Shown here: piece by piece, positions 1 through 13,829 of the stretch | How positions within the stretch are numbered: the stretch's first letter is position 1 | How the letters are laid out: every line of letters begins with the position of its first letter | Assembly (NCBI GenBank): GCA_035084275.1 | Contig: CM068750.1 | Span: forward strand, 9,238,001 to 9,302,000 | Length of the DNA: 64,000 nt | Source of the DNA: Hydrolagus colliei | Taxonomy: Eukaryota | Direction: 5' to 3' | Translations under genes and position numbers: made by a program | Notes under the pieces: model-generated | The model's database searches: none | What the model was told of the DNA's origin: nothing | What the model saw: the letters and a program-made list of their open reading frames with translations, nothing else

Positions 1-2115
1 GGTTATTGAGAACATAAATTTCCATTGTGAGAATTTGAGTGTTATTAGTTTAAAGGCATTTTCGTAGCTTTCATGTCATACATGAAAAATGCTAGGTCAC
101 ATCTTGAAACAGCAAAGCTCAAATTTATTTCATTGCTGGGCTTCGAAAAGATCAAAGATCCTTCTTGTGGTCTATTTTAAGGACAAATCAAGCTCCCAAG
201 TAGTTCAGGTATCAGAAAAATGCTCCAGACTATGAACTGCTCATTAATAAAAGATGCTGCAATGCAGTATTTAAAGCCAGAAGAAGAAAATTGTCGCTTG
301 CAAGATTCAATGGATTTCACAGCAGGGTAAAAGGATTTGGAAGTTTATACTGTGTAGATTTAATAAAGGGAGAAAAAAAATCTTTAAATGCAAATGAAAT
401 TAAAGAGTGAAAAGAGCAAAAGACCTAATGTACTTCCTGCAAAAAGTGAGCATATCATAAACCACTGTTAGTCTGTATTTCATCATTTAAATCTGTCTTG
501 TTGTATAATGTTTCTCATGAAAATATCAACAAACATAATGGCTTGTTGCTTATTAATATAATAATTTTGCTTCAGTTAAAGGAGTACGAATTCAGTTTTT
601 ATTTTTACATCTGGGGCGTTGATTAAAACATGTAAAGTGAAAGTAGACTTTTAAGCTTGTAACAGTATTACTGTGATCAATGGGAACTTACCAAATAGAG
701 AGGAGTTCTGAAGAGAGTAAAGCTGAGTTCACAATGAGCTCATAAATGTGTTAAATGAAGCTTAAGGAACAAAACAACCTGTAAAATAAAAGTAAAACTG
801 CAGTCCAGTAACTTTTGTCAGATCTGCGTTCAACTTGATTGGACTTGTTTAAGTCACCCTGTTCAAATTCTTTTAGAGCAAAATCTCTCAGGTATTCTGT
901 CTCCTGTACTCACTTTATCAGATCTGCATAGAAATTAGGAAGCCATTCGAGCCTTCAAGCTTGTTCTGCCAGTTAATTAGATCCATAAAGATAGTTTAAT
1001 ACCATTTCCCTGCCTATTCTCTGTTTGGCTATCACTTTAATTCATTTTTATGAAAGTTTACACAATTATGCAAGGAGATTGTCTATACTTGGCAATATTT
1101 CAATTCATTCCCATTTATCCTTCACTAAAATAACTGCAAGGAAAGTTTTAAACCGTAGAACTATCTTTTTTCCCAAAGTTTCTTTTAAATACATTTGCAA
1201 ACTATTTAAAACTATTAAATACTACGGAATAAGTTTAATAAAATCACCCCACATTAAACCGAAATTGTTCTTCCCCCAAACAATTTCTCAAGTGAAATCA
1301 TAAAGCACAGAGTTATATATCTTAAACATTAAATTTTTTTTCTTTAAAAGATCTCTTTAGTTAATTAAGTGCTGTTGGAAAATGATGGTGTTATGCAACC
1401 CTGAATCTCAGGTGCCAAGAATCAATTGTTTCCAATTTTGATCAAACGGCAATGTATATTTGTATTGTGCAGTCCGTGGCTCAAATCCACTTTGCCACAA
1501 ACATTCAGCTGACATCCAAAAGGATTTCAAAATTTGAAAAAAAATCAATCTGACAGTTTCTATCAGCCCCGTTTGGCTGCTTTCTCCTCAACTGGTTTTA
1601 GTAGTTTGTCTCATAATCCACAACACCTAAACTGTATTGTCTAAGAATAGCCACATAGAGTTAACTGGTTAAACTTTACTGTATAGTTCCTGTTTTGTAG
1701 GTGCACTTTCTTCAGTTGAACATATTACTGTGCTTGTCTTCTGGTTATCTGGTGTATTACCTGTTATATCTGTAAAGCAACACGAGGAGTTGAAGCAGCA
1801 AGTCAAATCTTTTTTTTCTATTGTGTTCATATCAGAAGGATATTTTGGAACAACCACTTCATTGTCCTCTTTGACTCTTATATTAACCTTACAGTATTTA
1901 GGACTTCAAATGTATTCTTAACTACCTTTGTGAGGAATAGAAAGATGCTTGGAATCGTATAACTCGAGTACACCTCATTAAAATTCTTGTGTTGTCCTGC
2001 CAATATTTGGGCAAATTTATGTCGCTCTTGGAACAAGTTCACAGCATTCAGGTTGTCTCAAATTTGGACTTTTTTTGATGTCACACTCAATGGTGTAAGA
2101 GTACCCTGCAATTGT

Positions 2116-2409
2116 GGAGTCCAGTAGCTCAGTGGTTAGAGCACCCGCCTTTCAAGCAAGAGACCTGGGTTCAATGCATGGCAGGGCAAAACCTTTGATG
2201 AGTTTCCTTACTCCACACCCCTAATAAGCATCCCTCAAAAAAAAATGTGGTCATTTCAATCCACAGCTGTTGGTAGGAGATATCTGTGTGTGATTGGTTA
2301 CCACGGTTTCGCCCACAAATATATAGTCAATTCACTTTACAGTATATTCTTTGAGATGTCTAGAAGACGTGAAAAGCGCTATATCAAATGCAAGGATTAT
2401 TATTATTAT
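2116..2409 (+). mobile_element. tRNA-derived SINE (Deu-like core, L2-type tail), short variant
   Basis: Head GGAGTCC-GTAGCTCAGTGGTTAGAGC (A box) and GGTTCAAT (B box); tail gtgaaaagcgctatatcaaatgcaagg(att)n. Many homologous copies in the window. Confidence 0.9.
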
Positions 2410-5400
2410 GACACAATGCCATAAGTGCTTAGCAACCAATTTACAACAACCATTTAATCTGTATTGCAAACCTGCATAGGATTTTAATAACCTATATGAT
2501 TAATCACTGTTGATAATAATTCTTTATACGCTTTGTCAAAAAGTGCTTCGCAGGATTTTACTCTGAAGTGTAGTGACTTTGTAATTGTAGACAAATGCAG
2601 CAGCCGATTTACGCACAGCAATGTCCCACAAACAGCCATGAAGGCAAGAAACAAGTGAGGTCAGAATTGGGCTTGGATGGGATGCTGTGCAGTTGAATTA
2701 CATATAAAATCTCACTATCAAAGCTCACACACTAAGAATAGTGGTTTAATAGCGGTTTATTTTTCAGGACAGGACGTGATGGTAGGATATTTGGATAAAA
2801 AAGAACCATATATTTTGAAACTGTAATTGATCTGTCAGAAGAACTATATGACAAGGACACGTTCCAGGGCATTTAATCACACCATAGTTTTACATGAGTG
2901 GTTGTGTTTGGTGATGTTTTAGGGCACTGAGCTGAGCATGTTGGCAGGTCTAGAAAGAATTAAGATAACAACTTGAATAATAGGGCTGAGTTTTGCTCAA
3001 CTGTATGTTGAGAATTTTCCCAATAATATTGTTTGAAATTTCTGTGTTACATAATAAGAATTGATATCACTCAGTCAACCGATACAAGCAGGATTAAGTA
3101 ACTGGTGAGCTGCGGACCTTGACCTTAAATATTTCAATGGGAGCCAAAAGTTTTGTTGCTTGATATATCAGGCAACCAAGCCTTTCCTGCAAATTGAGAG
3201 ATGTTGTTCTGTTTTTAAGATGCTAGGATATCTAGGTCAGAAAGGTTTTATCATTTGAATTGTTTAGAACACAGATTGTCATTTAAATCCCACCTGCAAA
3301 TCCCCGCGTGCAGTTTATGCCCACGGATAAAGACATTGCCACAACTTATATGTTATTTTCAAGTGGCAATGCTTTCAGAGCATAGAAACCACCCTGATAT
3401 ATATTCCCATAATGATATTCGTGTCAAACCATGGGCTGTGTCGCAGATATATTTGCAGGTTGAAGAATGTTTTCTGTGATGCACAATTTCAGATGTTATT
3501 GGCTTTAACTAGAGCTTTCCATTGCTTTGGGATGTCCTCCCGACATGAAAGGTGCTGTACAAATGCAACTTTTGTTGTTGTTATTACTTACTCCCCAAAA
3601 GGAAGGAAATAAAATTGGAAGCTGCATCTGAAGACTTGGACTGATCTTGTGTGGACATTTGCTAAGTAGTTTTGACACAACTCTGGCAACAGATTGCAAT
3701 ATCACTTTCTTGACAGGCTAATAAGTAAAAGGAGAATTTTTAAAATCTCTAATGAGAAATCTAAATTGCTCCATTAACATTTCAGCCATCTTCATCAAAA
3801 CTCAAGTCTGTTGTAGTTAAAGAAATATACTATTAATTTCAATAACTAGAAATGTAGATGCTGGGTTAACCAATAATTGAACAGTAGTGGAAAATAGAAA
3901 AATTCTGTATAATTTGGAAGCTGATTTTCCTCAGTTCTTTAAGCATTCAAGTTTCTGAATCAAGTTGAATGTGAAATTTTCCACAATTTTGAGCCATCTT
4001 TCAATTTTAAGGCAAAGTGGTCTCACGGGCTAAAAATTTGAATTTCACACTCACCTCACCCCCAGATTATGTGTTGTCAACATCATAAAATAATTTGCAA
4101 GTAAGTGCTGAGTTGCAGAGTTACAGATTAATAATGACAAAAATGAATATTTTATAATATTAAAATAATAATCCTTGCATTTGGTATAACGCCTTATGAC
4201 GTCTTCGAGACATCTCAAAGCGCATCACAGAATATACTGTAAATTGAATTGATTGTAGTATATTTTATTCTAGGTGTGCTCCAAAGATCCCATTCATATT
4301 TTAAGATCATATGAAAGGAAAAAATGTAACCTTGCTACCTGTGACAAGTTATTAGCCATGAGGCTTATCAAACTATTGCTAAATGTGAACCAGTCGATAA
4401 CTAAAGACTTCCCACGGATTTGCCTCGACTCTGTCACAATGGTTGGACCCAGACTTTTGAACTTACTGGAACCATGTATTGTGGCATTGGAGCACTGGTT
4501 AATGGGCATCAGCTACGTCTTTCTGTTGAGTTAATAAGGTGTTGTGCTAACCAGCATTCCAGTGTCACTTCTGGAGTGTTTGGAACGATTCCCCACATCA
4601 GAGCCAACTGATGATGAAAGCTTGCAGAAGTGAATCTATTCAAGAAACTGCTCGATGCTCAGCATGTCTCCCATCACACGTTCTCCAGCTCTGTTATACA
4701 ACACAGAAGCTCGAGTTTTTCACAGCACTTGTCCTTTTTTTTTCATCACCCCTTGTTAACCAGTTGACCAAGGATGAAATACCTCTTCCTGTAGTGTTTC
4801 TCTTTCTACCTCCATTAATCTCATAAGCATGTCAAGAGCTAAAGCTGTTGCAGGCTCATTATGAGTTAGTCTACAGAATGAGATTCTAGATTTATTCATG
4901 TGTTACTGTATCTGTGTTACAAAATCTCATAACATTGTGATGTAAGTAAATAACATGAAATTATATCTGCTTGAATAATAACACAATCAATCACAGTTAT
5001 TAGCAACATAATTAAAATTATGCAAGTCTGATTTGATTCTTCTGAATCTTTTAAAATTCATCTTAGGTTACATAATGTTACATAATACATATTCTAATGT
5101 GAAAGAGCTGAATGAATAGAAAGATTAGGAAGTCACTGTCTTAACACACACACATTAAGGGTCGAATTCTGCAATGGATTGCATACATTGATTGAAAATC
5201 TTTTTATCAAATATTGGTTGTTGAATGTAAATTCAATTGAATTGCCATAAGTGATGTGGTGCTAAGCAGAAAATGTGCGTACTCCAAACTATCAAAGAAA
5301 GCAAAATTTGCTGTTCATTGTATTTGTAAGAATGGTATTTAGGCAAAGAACAGGGACATTAGTGCCAGTCTGCATGTTGCGGCAATCCTACCATGATTGA

Positions 5401-8368
5401 GTAGCTGATCTCCATAAATCAATGTTTTGACTTTGGTACATTGAGTCTTTATACAGTTTGTTGAGAAAGTTGACAAACAACGGTAATTAACAATGTTTTA
5501 AATGATAGATGCTTTTTTTAAAAAAAGAAAATTATTAGCATGATTAGAACTTGTAATTTTGTTAATTAAGTTGCTGAACTGTAGGTCTTGAAGAGGCGTT
5601 CTTTGAAGTTGAGGATCAATTAAAAAAAGTACAGAAACTATTAGAATATCAAGTTTTCTAATAGTTTGAATCATCTGCCCCAAAAACTAATAATCCTTAC
5701 ATTTAATATAGCACGTTATCACGCAAGCACTTCACAGGATCTAGTGTAGTGTGTAATAACTGTGTATTTTGTAGGCAAAAAGGCCAGTCTTAGAGATGGA
5801 AATCGAAAGACAATCTTAAATGAGAATTATGTGCCAAATAATAACTAATAAAACAATAATCCTTGCATTTGATATAGTGCCTTATTGTGTCTTTGACATG
5901 TGATCATTTTTATCAGTTCTCTGAGTGAGCACTGTTACTTTGTACTGAAATCCATCAGTTGAGAGAGGACTAAGGGTAAGAAAAACTGACTAAATTGGTC
6001 CCAGGCCACAGACAAATATCATCTGTGATCTGATCAGGAAATAATATTAACTATGACATTAGGTAATTCTGTCTTGCACTGTTCGATGGTGGAACATTGA
6101 AAGTGGAAAAGTAGCAGAGGGAGACAATATTGTGGTGACCAATTAAAATGGAAAAAAAGGGAAATTAGAGATATGATTAATAGTGCCAGAAAGTGAAAGA
6201 AAACTGTTTGAAGTGCAAAACAGTATGAATGTGCCTTTATGAATTTAATATGTAAACGGAATATTTTATTAATTTGAAATTAGGTAATTGTAACTTTTTT
6301 AAAACAGAATTGCTTCTGATTTGAGAGCATAACTTTGAGTGTTTAGAATAAATTGATTTTCACAGATAATTTAGAGATTAACACTAATGCAATCCTAAAA
6401 TGTGAGTCTTCTGGTGAAGGGAGCCTTAAGTGGCAATTGTATGAAGATTTAAGTTTTAGATTCCTTTCATGTAGCTTTAAGTTATTAGCCTATTCATCAC
6501 ACCAATTACAAGGCACATTCCCGTGCAGAAGCTAACCAGCAATAAAATAAATGTGCGTTATTTATTTTTACACAAACTATAAAAGCAATAAGGTCACAAT
6601 CATAATTTAAAGATTCTTTATTTGACTGCACAGGTGACGAATTATTAATCAAATCAATACACCTGAATCAACTAATAGTTCTTATGGAGACAATTTTATT
6701 ATAACAAATTCCTTTGAAATACATTTCACTGCAAATTAAAACCTTCTTCATAATTATTTTGTAGTTTTACTGCTGTGTAAACCAATCCTGATGGTCTCCA
6801 TTAAAGTGATGTAGATCTGTGTGTAAATGTTTCATGTGCTATTCTCTTGAGGGACAGTAAACTAATCATTGTTTAGTTGCCATCTAATGTGAGCTCCAGG
6901 GACTCAAACTCATCACAGCTAGTGAAAATTAAGCTGTTTAAAATGTTTACCCTATTCTCGAGTAACTTTGAAGATTGAAGAAAGTTGACTGTTTCACAGG
7001 GTTTGATGGAGCAGTGGTCTTGTGTTACTTCTTTGTTCATTGAGAAATGTTTAAAATTCTGGTGAGCTGAAAACCTTGGAAAATTCCAAAGTAAAGTTAA
7101 TGACGGTCTTCAAAGTGCTGGTATTTCAAGGAATCATTGTGCCTTAGCTGAAGCAGTGCGCGAGGCTACTTTAATTATTTAAATGAATGTCTGCCAGGCT
7201 GACAGGAGCCACGGAGAAATCTATAGTCATGAAGCCCCACTTATTATAAGAGGAAGGCAGGAAGCAGCAAAGTTGGGACAATAGGAGGACACAAATATCT
7301 GTTATAAACATCAGTTCAGACATAAAGATGAAAATAGTTATTTTATACTGAATTGGAACATGGCCAGGAGGGAAAGATGCTTCATTTTATCTCCTGAGGC
7401 GAAGTGCTGCAGAGCAGACATGCCCACCTGGTTCCAGGAGTGTGTGCTCTGCAAAATGTAGTCACTTTCCAATCTTATTAAACAGGAGCAACGTGCAATC
7501 CACCGAACACAGTTCTGCTAAAATGTATGATGGAATCAAGCAAGCCCAGTTTGATCCACAGTTAGATTATGAGGATGGGAAACATCATTGCTTCTGAAGT
7601 CTCATCACTAGACGGATCTCCGGAGCGGGGCTCCACTATGGATTACACTGTCTGGATCTCCATTTGTGGGCACAGGCAATGAAGTCTAAATGCAGCATTA
7701 AATCCAATGAAATATTGCTGTTTTAACATCTTTCTTAAAATCTCCACCCAAAAAATAAAGTTGGCCCATTAATTCACTTTGCTGTTTTCGAACACGAGTC
7801 AGTATCCGACTCTTGTGTAAGTATTTGAGTACCAGTTGAGATCTGAAACACAATATTACAATTCGACTAAATGGCACCTTAGTTGTCAAAGTAAAGCCTG
7901 AGTTTAAACAGATGCCAGCTATTTGAAGTACATGAATGAAAGTGTGTAGTTCAGATTTTATACATGTGTGTTTGTTTACATTGTCTTCCTAGAGACCTTC
8001 ATTTATGTAGACCTTGATTTCTTACTATAAGTTACGAGGTTGGGACTAATGATGCATATTTATTTAAGAACATTGGTTTCCCATTATTTCACTTTGGGGT
8101 CTTGGTATTAATGTTCAACCCTACAAGTATTTGTGTTTCCATTTGTACACAGTTATGTGCCATTTCCAGATATCTCCTCCTGGGAGGACTATAGGTGTTT
8201 CAGGGTTACATTATACTTGACAAGTGTTGCTGGAATGAATGTTGAAGCACAGGGAAGTTGCAGTAATTACAAAAGTATTGGCTACTGACTTGGGAACAAG
8301 CCCTCAGGGAAACTACAGCCACTAGCAGGTTTACGTGTTGACAGTTTTTTTTTCTCTTTTCCTCTTAG

Positions 8369-8518
8369 CTTTGAAGATGCGACAAGATTCTTTGGCGTGA
8401 AGCCAAAATCTGGAGATAAAGCGGTTACTCCAAACTACATTTTCATGTTGTGGTATGAATTTTCTACCGACTTCAAGAATATCTGGAAACGCGAAAGCAA
8501 AGCGATTTCTAAAGAAAG
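8369..8518 (+). CDS. FMN1: Formin-1 internal exon (end of FH2 domain), 150 nt
   Basis: Acceptor tttctcttttcctcttag|C and donor AAAG|gtaaga. Translates to (S)[49 protein letters not shown](R), matching the recalled FMN1 C-terminal FH2 sequence ([50 protein letters not shown]). Confidence 0.96.
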
Positions 8519-10479
8519 GTAAGAGGCCGATAAAGTCATTAATAGCAGATGCTTAGCAGTTTGGAAACCACTTTGTTTTAAGCTAAATATACCGCACTGC
8601 CACATTACACAAGCTTTATTGTTTGTTTTTTTATTAACTTGGCATAAAGCAAAGTCTAATCCTCAAGGGTATGTTGAAAAAGTTGCCAAAGTCTGCTATA
8701 CCCACAAGGAAGATAAACACACATAATCTGATAAATTACACTTTCCCAACTCTTTTCAATTACCTGCTAATAAAGTGGAATGAGAGCTGTGCTAATTTGT
8801 AACAGATTGCTTCACTAGTGCATTTTTATGTTGAACTAGCCTAAATGAGCTGATATTACTGTCGCAGACAGTACAGACAAATAAAAGTGAATGCTTTTCC
8901 AGTTATTAAACTTCACTCGCATCAAAGAGAACCCCCCCAGACCCAGGCCACACTTAGCACAATGTCAGAACCCCATACTGAATTTACGGCACCACATCTG
9001 ACCCCAGGTACCCTGCTGGGGACATCAAACTGCGTGACACTGCTTCTCGCAACAGTCTCCTGATTTTATTGGTTTGAGAAAGAATAACCTTATCCCGTAT
9101 ATGCTTTTAGGTAGGGTTTCATGAAGGAAGTTTTTATGTGAGGGTTACATTACTGCTAAAAGATTGCCATTTTCTCAGTTTTATAGCATAAGCTTTTTTT
9201 TTGTTTTATTCTTTGCTAGGATTCAATATCCAATTTTGTTTGGAAATGAATGGTGACCACTGACGATATTACTGTTCAGATTCCATCCTTTTCACAAAGC
9301 TTTGTTTTAAAAATGCTTGCGTTGTTGATAGCATGTGAGCTGTTTTATGAACTTTCCCTCTTTAACCAGGGATAAAGCATTGTTACATTCTAATATTACA
9401 GTCACCCATGTGCTCTTTAGATTTTCCACAGTTGTAGTTTTAGTGTGTAACTATCACATTATTTATGAACTGTGATGAATAAAACTGTTCTGCAGCAAAC
9501 ACAAGGAGGCATGTAATGAATTAATGCCCTTGATCAAGGAATTCTGTTGAGTTGATTTTCACAAATTCATGTTTTAGATGGACGAGTAAGTGCAAACAAA
9601 TATTATTTTTGTTCGATGTATTTTCTTGACTTATGCATCTCAATTAGTACCTTAAAATACTATACAAGGGAAACCAGATGGATTTAAAATGTTTAATGTC
9701 TCATGCCTTAGACACTCTTGGGGAAAGTTAAAAAAAAGTGGAGCTAGTATAAAACAGCACAATACTGTTAACTCATTAGGTTCAAAACTCGTTTAATAGC
9801 TTACTTTTAAACTTTACAGCATATTGTAATCCTAATATGAGAAACAAAATGTGAAACAAACGTTTCTTCTTGATGATGTTCTGTAAACATAGCGGTGAGA
9901 TACCAACCATGCCATTCAACTGTGACTTTGGGTTTAAAGCTAGAGTTTAATGAAAAGCAGAGGGATCCATTAGGATATATAACTGAAAATGGGAGTTCCT
10001 TGAAATGTTGTAAAACGGGACAGCAGAAAAACATCCACATCTAGAATGTCTTGTAAAGTCATGACCCTTAGCGACACTGTTTTCCTAAGTGTGAAACCGT
10101 TGATTTACCACCGAGTTTACTAGAAATAGGTCAGAATCAAATTAATTGGGTGTAATTCTGCCATCTCCACTGATGTGGTTTCCCAGTACGTTCCAGTACT
10201 GCTGTTACCAATGAGTGTAATAAACAAAGCATTATTGAACAAGAATTATTGACACCCATTCTTCCATGTTATCTGTAGAAATCAAAAATTAAAGAAAAGG
10301 TCCCTAGTGTGGTCAATAGTGCGAGATTGCAAATAGTTTTGATGCCGTGTTAAATAAAAATTAAGTTGAGGATATAAATCCGATTCAATTCTTGTTTCTT
10401 TTTCATGAAGGGTGAAGTGGGGGTGGTTGTGGTGGGGTGGAGGGGGAGAGGTGTTGGGTAGTGATCATTATATCAATCA

Positions 10480-10800
10480 AAAGAATCATTAGGAATACCT
10501 GTCACCAGAATACATTGTACAGTTTTGGTCACTGCATCACAATGGAGCTACACAGCCCCGTAGAGGCAGTGCAGAGGAAAGCACTACAGATAATCCCCAT
10601 TGTTGGAGGGATGATCTACAAAATACTTGATAGGATTCAGGAAATGAACATATGGAACAGTACTTTCAGATAAAGCTAGGCAGCAAGGGGAAGAGGACAC
10701 AGGTTCAGAGTTTTGAACAGTGAACAGTGCAGACACTGAGTGTTGACAGGATTAGGGTTATTTGTGAACTCTCCATAGTCAAGTAGGCTGACAACTTTCT
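10480..10800 (+). mobile_element. CR1-like LINE 3' fragment
   Basis: Encodes VEAVQRKALQIIP..GGMIY, resembling the CR1 ORF2 C-terminal LE.VQRRAT.LIP motif. Confidence 0.55.
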
Positions 10801-12291
10801 ATCCAGGTTTACTTCATTAGTCAGTTGGGAGAGGTACTGTACATCCCCTGCCAGATGTGGAATTGGGGCCATCCTTCTGTGTGAGTTGGTACCTTTCAGA
10901 GAGGAGAGATCAATGGAGAAAACTGGAAGGCAAATTGCTTGAGAGAAACAAAAAAGTCAGAACATTAATCATCAGTAGGGGTGGACGTAGAGAGAGATGC
11001 AGTTTGCATTGAAAGCAGTTCCTTTTACAGTAATCGTCTGTAATACATGTATCTTGATGACATCACTAGGGGTCAAATGGAGTTACAAATCCAGACAGTA
11101 GAGATTGTGGAACAAGGATGCTTAAACAACACTGCAATTGCAAGTACATTTCAAGGAACATAATGTTGGTTTCTAATAAAACTTCAGCAATCCCTATTTA
11201 ATCAAAAACAGAGGTCAATTTTGCGGAATTTATTCACAGATTTCTTAATTAGCAACTCAGACAGATCTCTTTTGGAGAACAGAAAATATGTCCTACTGGT
11301 CATTCATGGGAACCCTGTTCTGAAAATAAATTGAGGAACTTCAACACTTTTGTACGGTTTGGGTGTTAAAAAGTAATTTTTGTAGTCTTTATATAGTTTC
11401 TTACTTAGCAATTCAAATATTTTGAAGTTAAATCCAGAGCTAACCTAGGAAAATCTATGTGCTCTAATAAAGACATTGTTCTTCCAAACCCATCTATGGG
11501 GTCACAGAGGTATTTGCAACCTACCTCAGTAAAACACTAAAAGGTTTACTAACAAAGATGGTATTCAAGTCTGAATAATACAGAACTCCCAGGGACATAA
11601 TGCAGAATATAATTTTAGTTGCTGTTGACTCAAGCCAAGCTAAATCATGCAATTAAACTACAAGAGAAACAAGCAGCAGTAATAGGTGAAACAAATGCTG
11701 TATAATAAGGGTTGTCTTAAGGAGACTGTGATGAAAGGCAACCAGTCATTTCAGACATGAGAGAGTAGGCGTCTAGTGGCAGACCTTTCACTTGATTTTA
11801 TAGAATCTGAATGAAAAGCAGGCTGGCAAAGACCCTGATTACCGTCTCTGTGGGAAAGTATTCTCGATGTGAAGGGTGAATTGATTCATGCCTGTGCTTC
11901 TAATGGAATTTTACACAGTGGGAATGGGTTAACTGGGAAAAGAAACATATTTGCACCGCTACAAAGTATTTGTGCAGCAGAAAATGTCCACATGCAACTC
12001 AACAAAACAATTTGCCACTGTTTAATTTTAGTGTTTCTTTTAGTTTTATTATAAATGTGCAATTTAATTTAATTTTAATTGAATCTGCAAACTACTTACA
12101 TGTTCTGTAGGTGTACATTGTATGTAGATAACTGAGCTAGCAAAGCGGATACACTAATTGATATTTACTTTCCTAACCTATTTTCTTTATAAATGGGAAA
12201 TTATTTGATGGACTTTACAGTGTATCTTGTGAGATATTCCAATGACATGATTGAGGTGCTATATCAATTGCAAGGCTGATTATTTACAATT

Positions 12292-12582
12292 GTATTGGGA
12301 GATCCGGGACATTCGCAGTATGCTCACTTTGCGCATTTATTAAATTTACCGAACGCTGGAATGCTTTTTTACAAACATTTTACCGAATGTGCTGGAATGC
12401 TTTATTGGTAAGTATCCATACAATATTCTGTTATTATTTAGTCTATTATTAATACGATAAGTTTTAAAAATAAGTAAATTTTTCGTGTAGGGTTTTCGGC
12501 AACTTGCCGCTCGAATATCAGGCATATTTGATTAGCGGCACTGGGCATGTCCTGAGGGTGCCGGCTAATGAAGGTTTTACTG
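12292..12582. mobile_element. Tc1/mariner-pogo (Tigger-like) non-autonomous DNA transposon fragment
   Basis: Ends ...aaggttttactg|TA, typical of a pogo/Tigger TIR plus TA TSD. CpG-containing, with internal direct repeat ttaccgaa..gctggaatgcttt. The left end was not identified. Confidence 0.55.
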
Positions 12583-13829
12583 TACTTCTCTATTGATGAT
12601 TATGCCCCATTTACTCTATTAAACTAAAGCATATTCGTATTGTAGAACTGTGTGGTTGGAGTGATTGGAGAGGGAGCTAAGCCAGACTGTCAGACTGCAC
12701 GATGTGCAACTGAAACATCACCACAAGGCTGGCAACACATAATATTCTTGAAGTGAAAATGAATCGCGGTTGCTTCAGCTTTTCTTTGCCGCTGTGAATG
12801 CACCGTTTAACGTTTTGTGCAAATTAGCCTTTGGAAGTCACTATCCAGCAAAACTCCACAATATTCAGACTCACAAACATCACAAAGCTTCTTAGCTTGA
12901 CTTGGCAAATCTCTCTCTTCTTTTCAAAATGAAGGTGGGCAACAGCTTGCATAATGTGCTCATGTACTCACCGAGGATTACATCTGTCAACATAGCGTAA
13001 ATAAAGCTCTGGGTGGCCAGTAACACGCTAAAGATGACTGGTGATCATTTTAGATATTTTCCACCTCTGGTGGTATAACAGGCAGATTAGAGTATAAAAA
13101 TGTTGATCCGAGAGGATGGAAAGTCTGCCCAAGCAGTAAATGGATTTGGGTTACAATCTTGGTTCCAATCTGCCTCGCCCAAAGGACATTTGAATGTATG
13201 TCCTGGAAGAGAGAGGTCTTTCGGCTCAAATGATAAAGGGGAAACAGCAGTGTGGTTAGAAACAAATCCAGCTAGCTTTATTTTGTCAGGGTTAGCCTAA
13301 TTTTTTTGGTTGTTGTTGTTGTTGTAATGCACCTCTGTTGTGGCAAGTTATTACCATCATGTTAATTTCAGAGGAATCATTTTACCTGGTGGTGTCCAGC
13401 TCAGAATTTGATCTTAAATCACTTCTGCTCAGCTTTGGCAATGGAAAAAGTTTGCAAAATACAATAATGCTGTATTGATGGTGAAATATACTTTAAATGC
13501 CTGTTTAATTTATGGTGATATCCTAAGTTTAGCCACTGGGGAAAATCATGGATTATTATAATTGTTTTTTTTAGCAGAAACAAGAAGGCGATATTCATTT
13601 GACAATATTTGAAGGTCACCATTGTTACCTAATATTTTCTGAAAACAATTTTGATGCATACTGCACATTAATCTATTTACAGGGTATAATTAATTAAGTG
13701 TTTTCTCTTGACCAGCATATCAACTAGTTTTCTTCTTTCAGTGAATAATTCTGTAAACAAAAAATAGATATGGTACCAGATATTTTAGAACCTTTTTATA
13801 ACACGTTCTAAAAATAATGGATTTTCACA

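Noticed and set aside
2116-2190. tRNA-like A/B box sequences (also at 40704, 46943, 47258)
   Set aside because: SINE heads continuous with SINE bodies, not stand-alone tRNA genes.
1-8368. Expected short upstream FMN1 exon (AKKEHK..ENAQK-like)
   Set aside because: No convincing match with splice sites found by eye; it probably lies upstream of the window.
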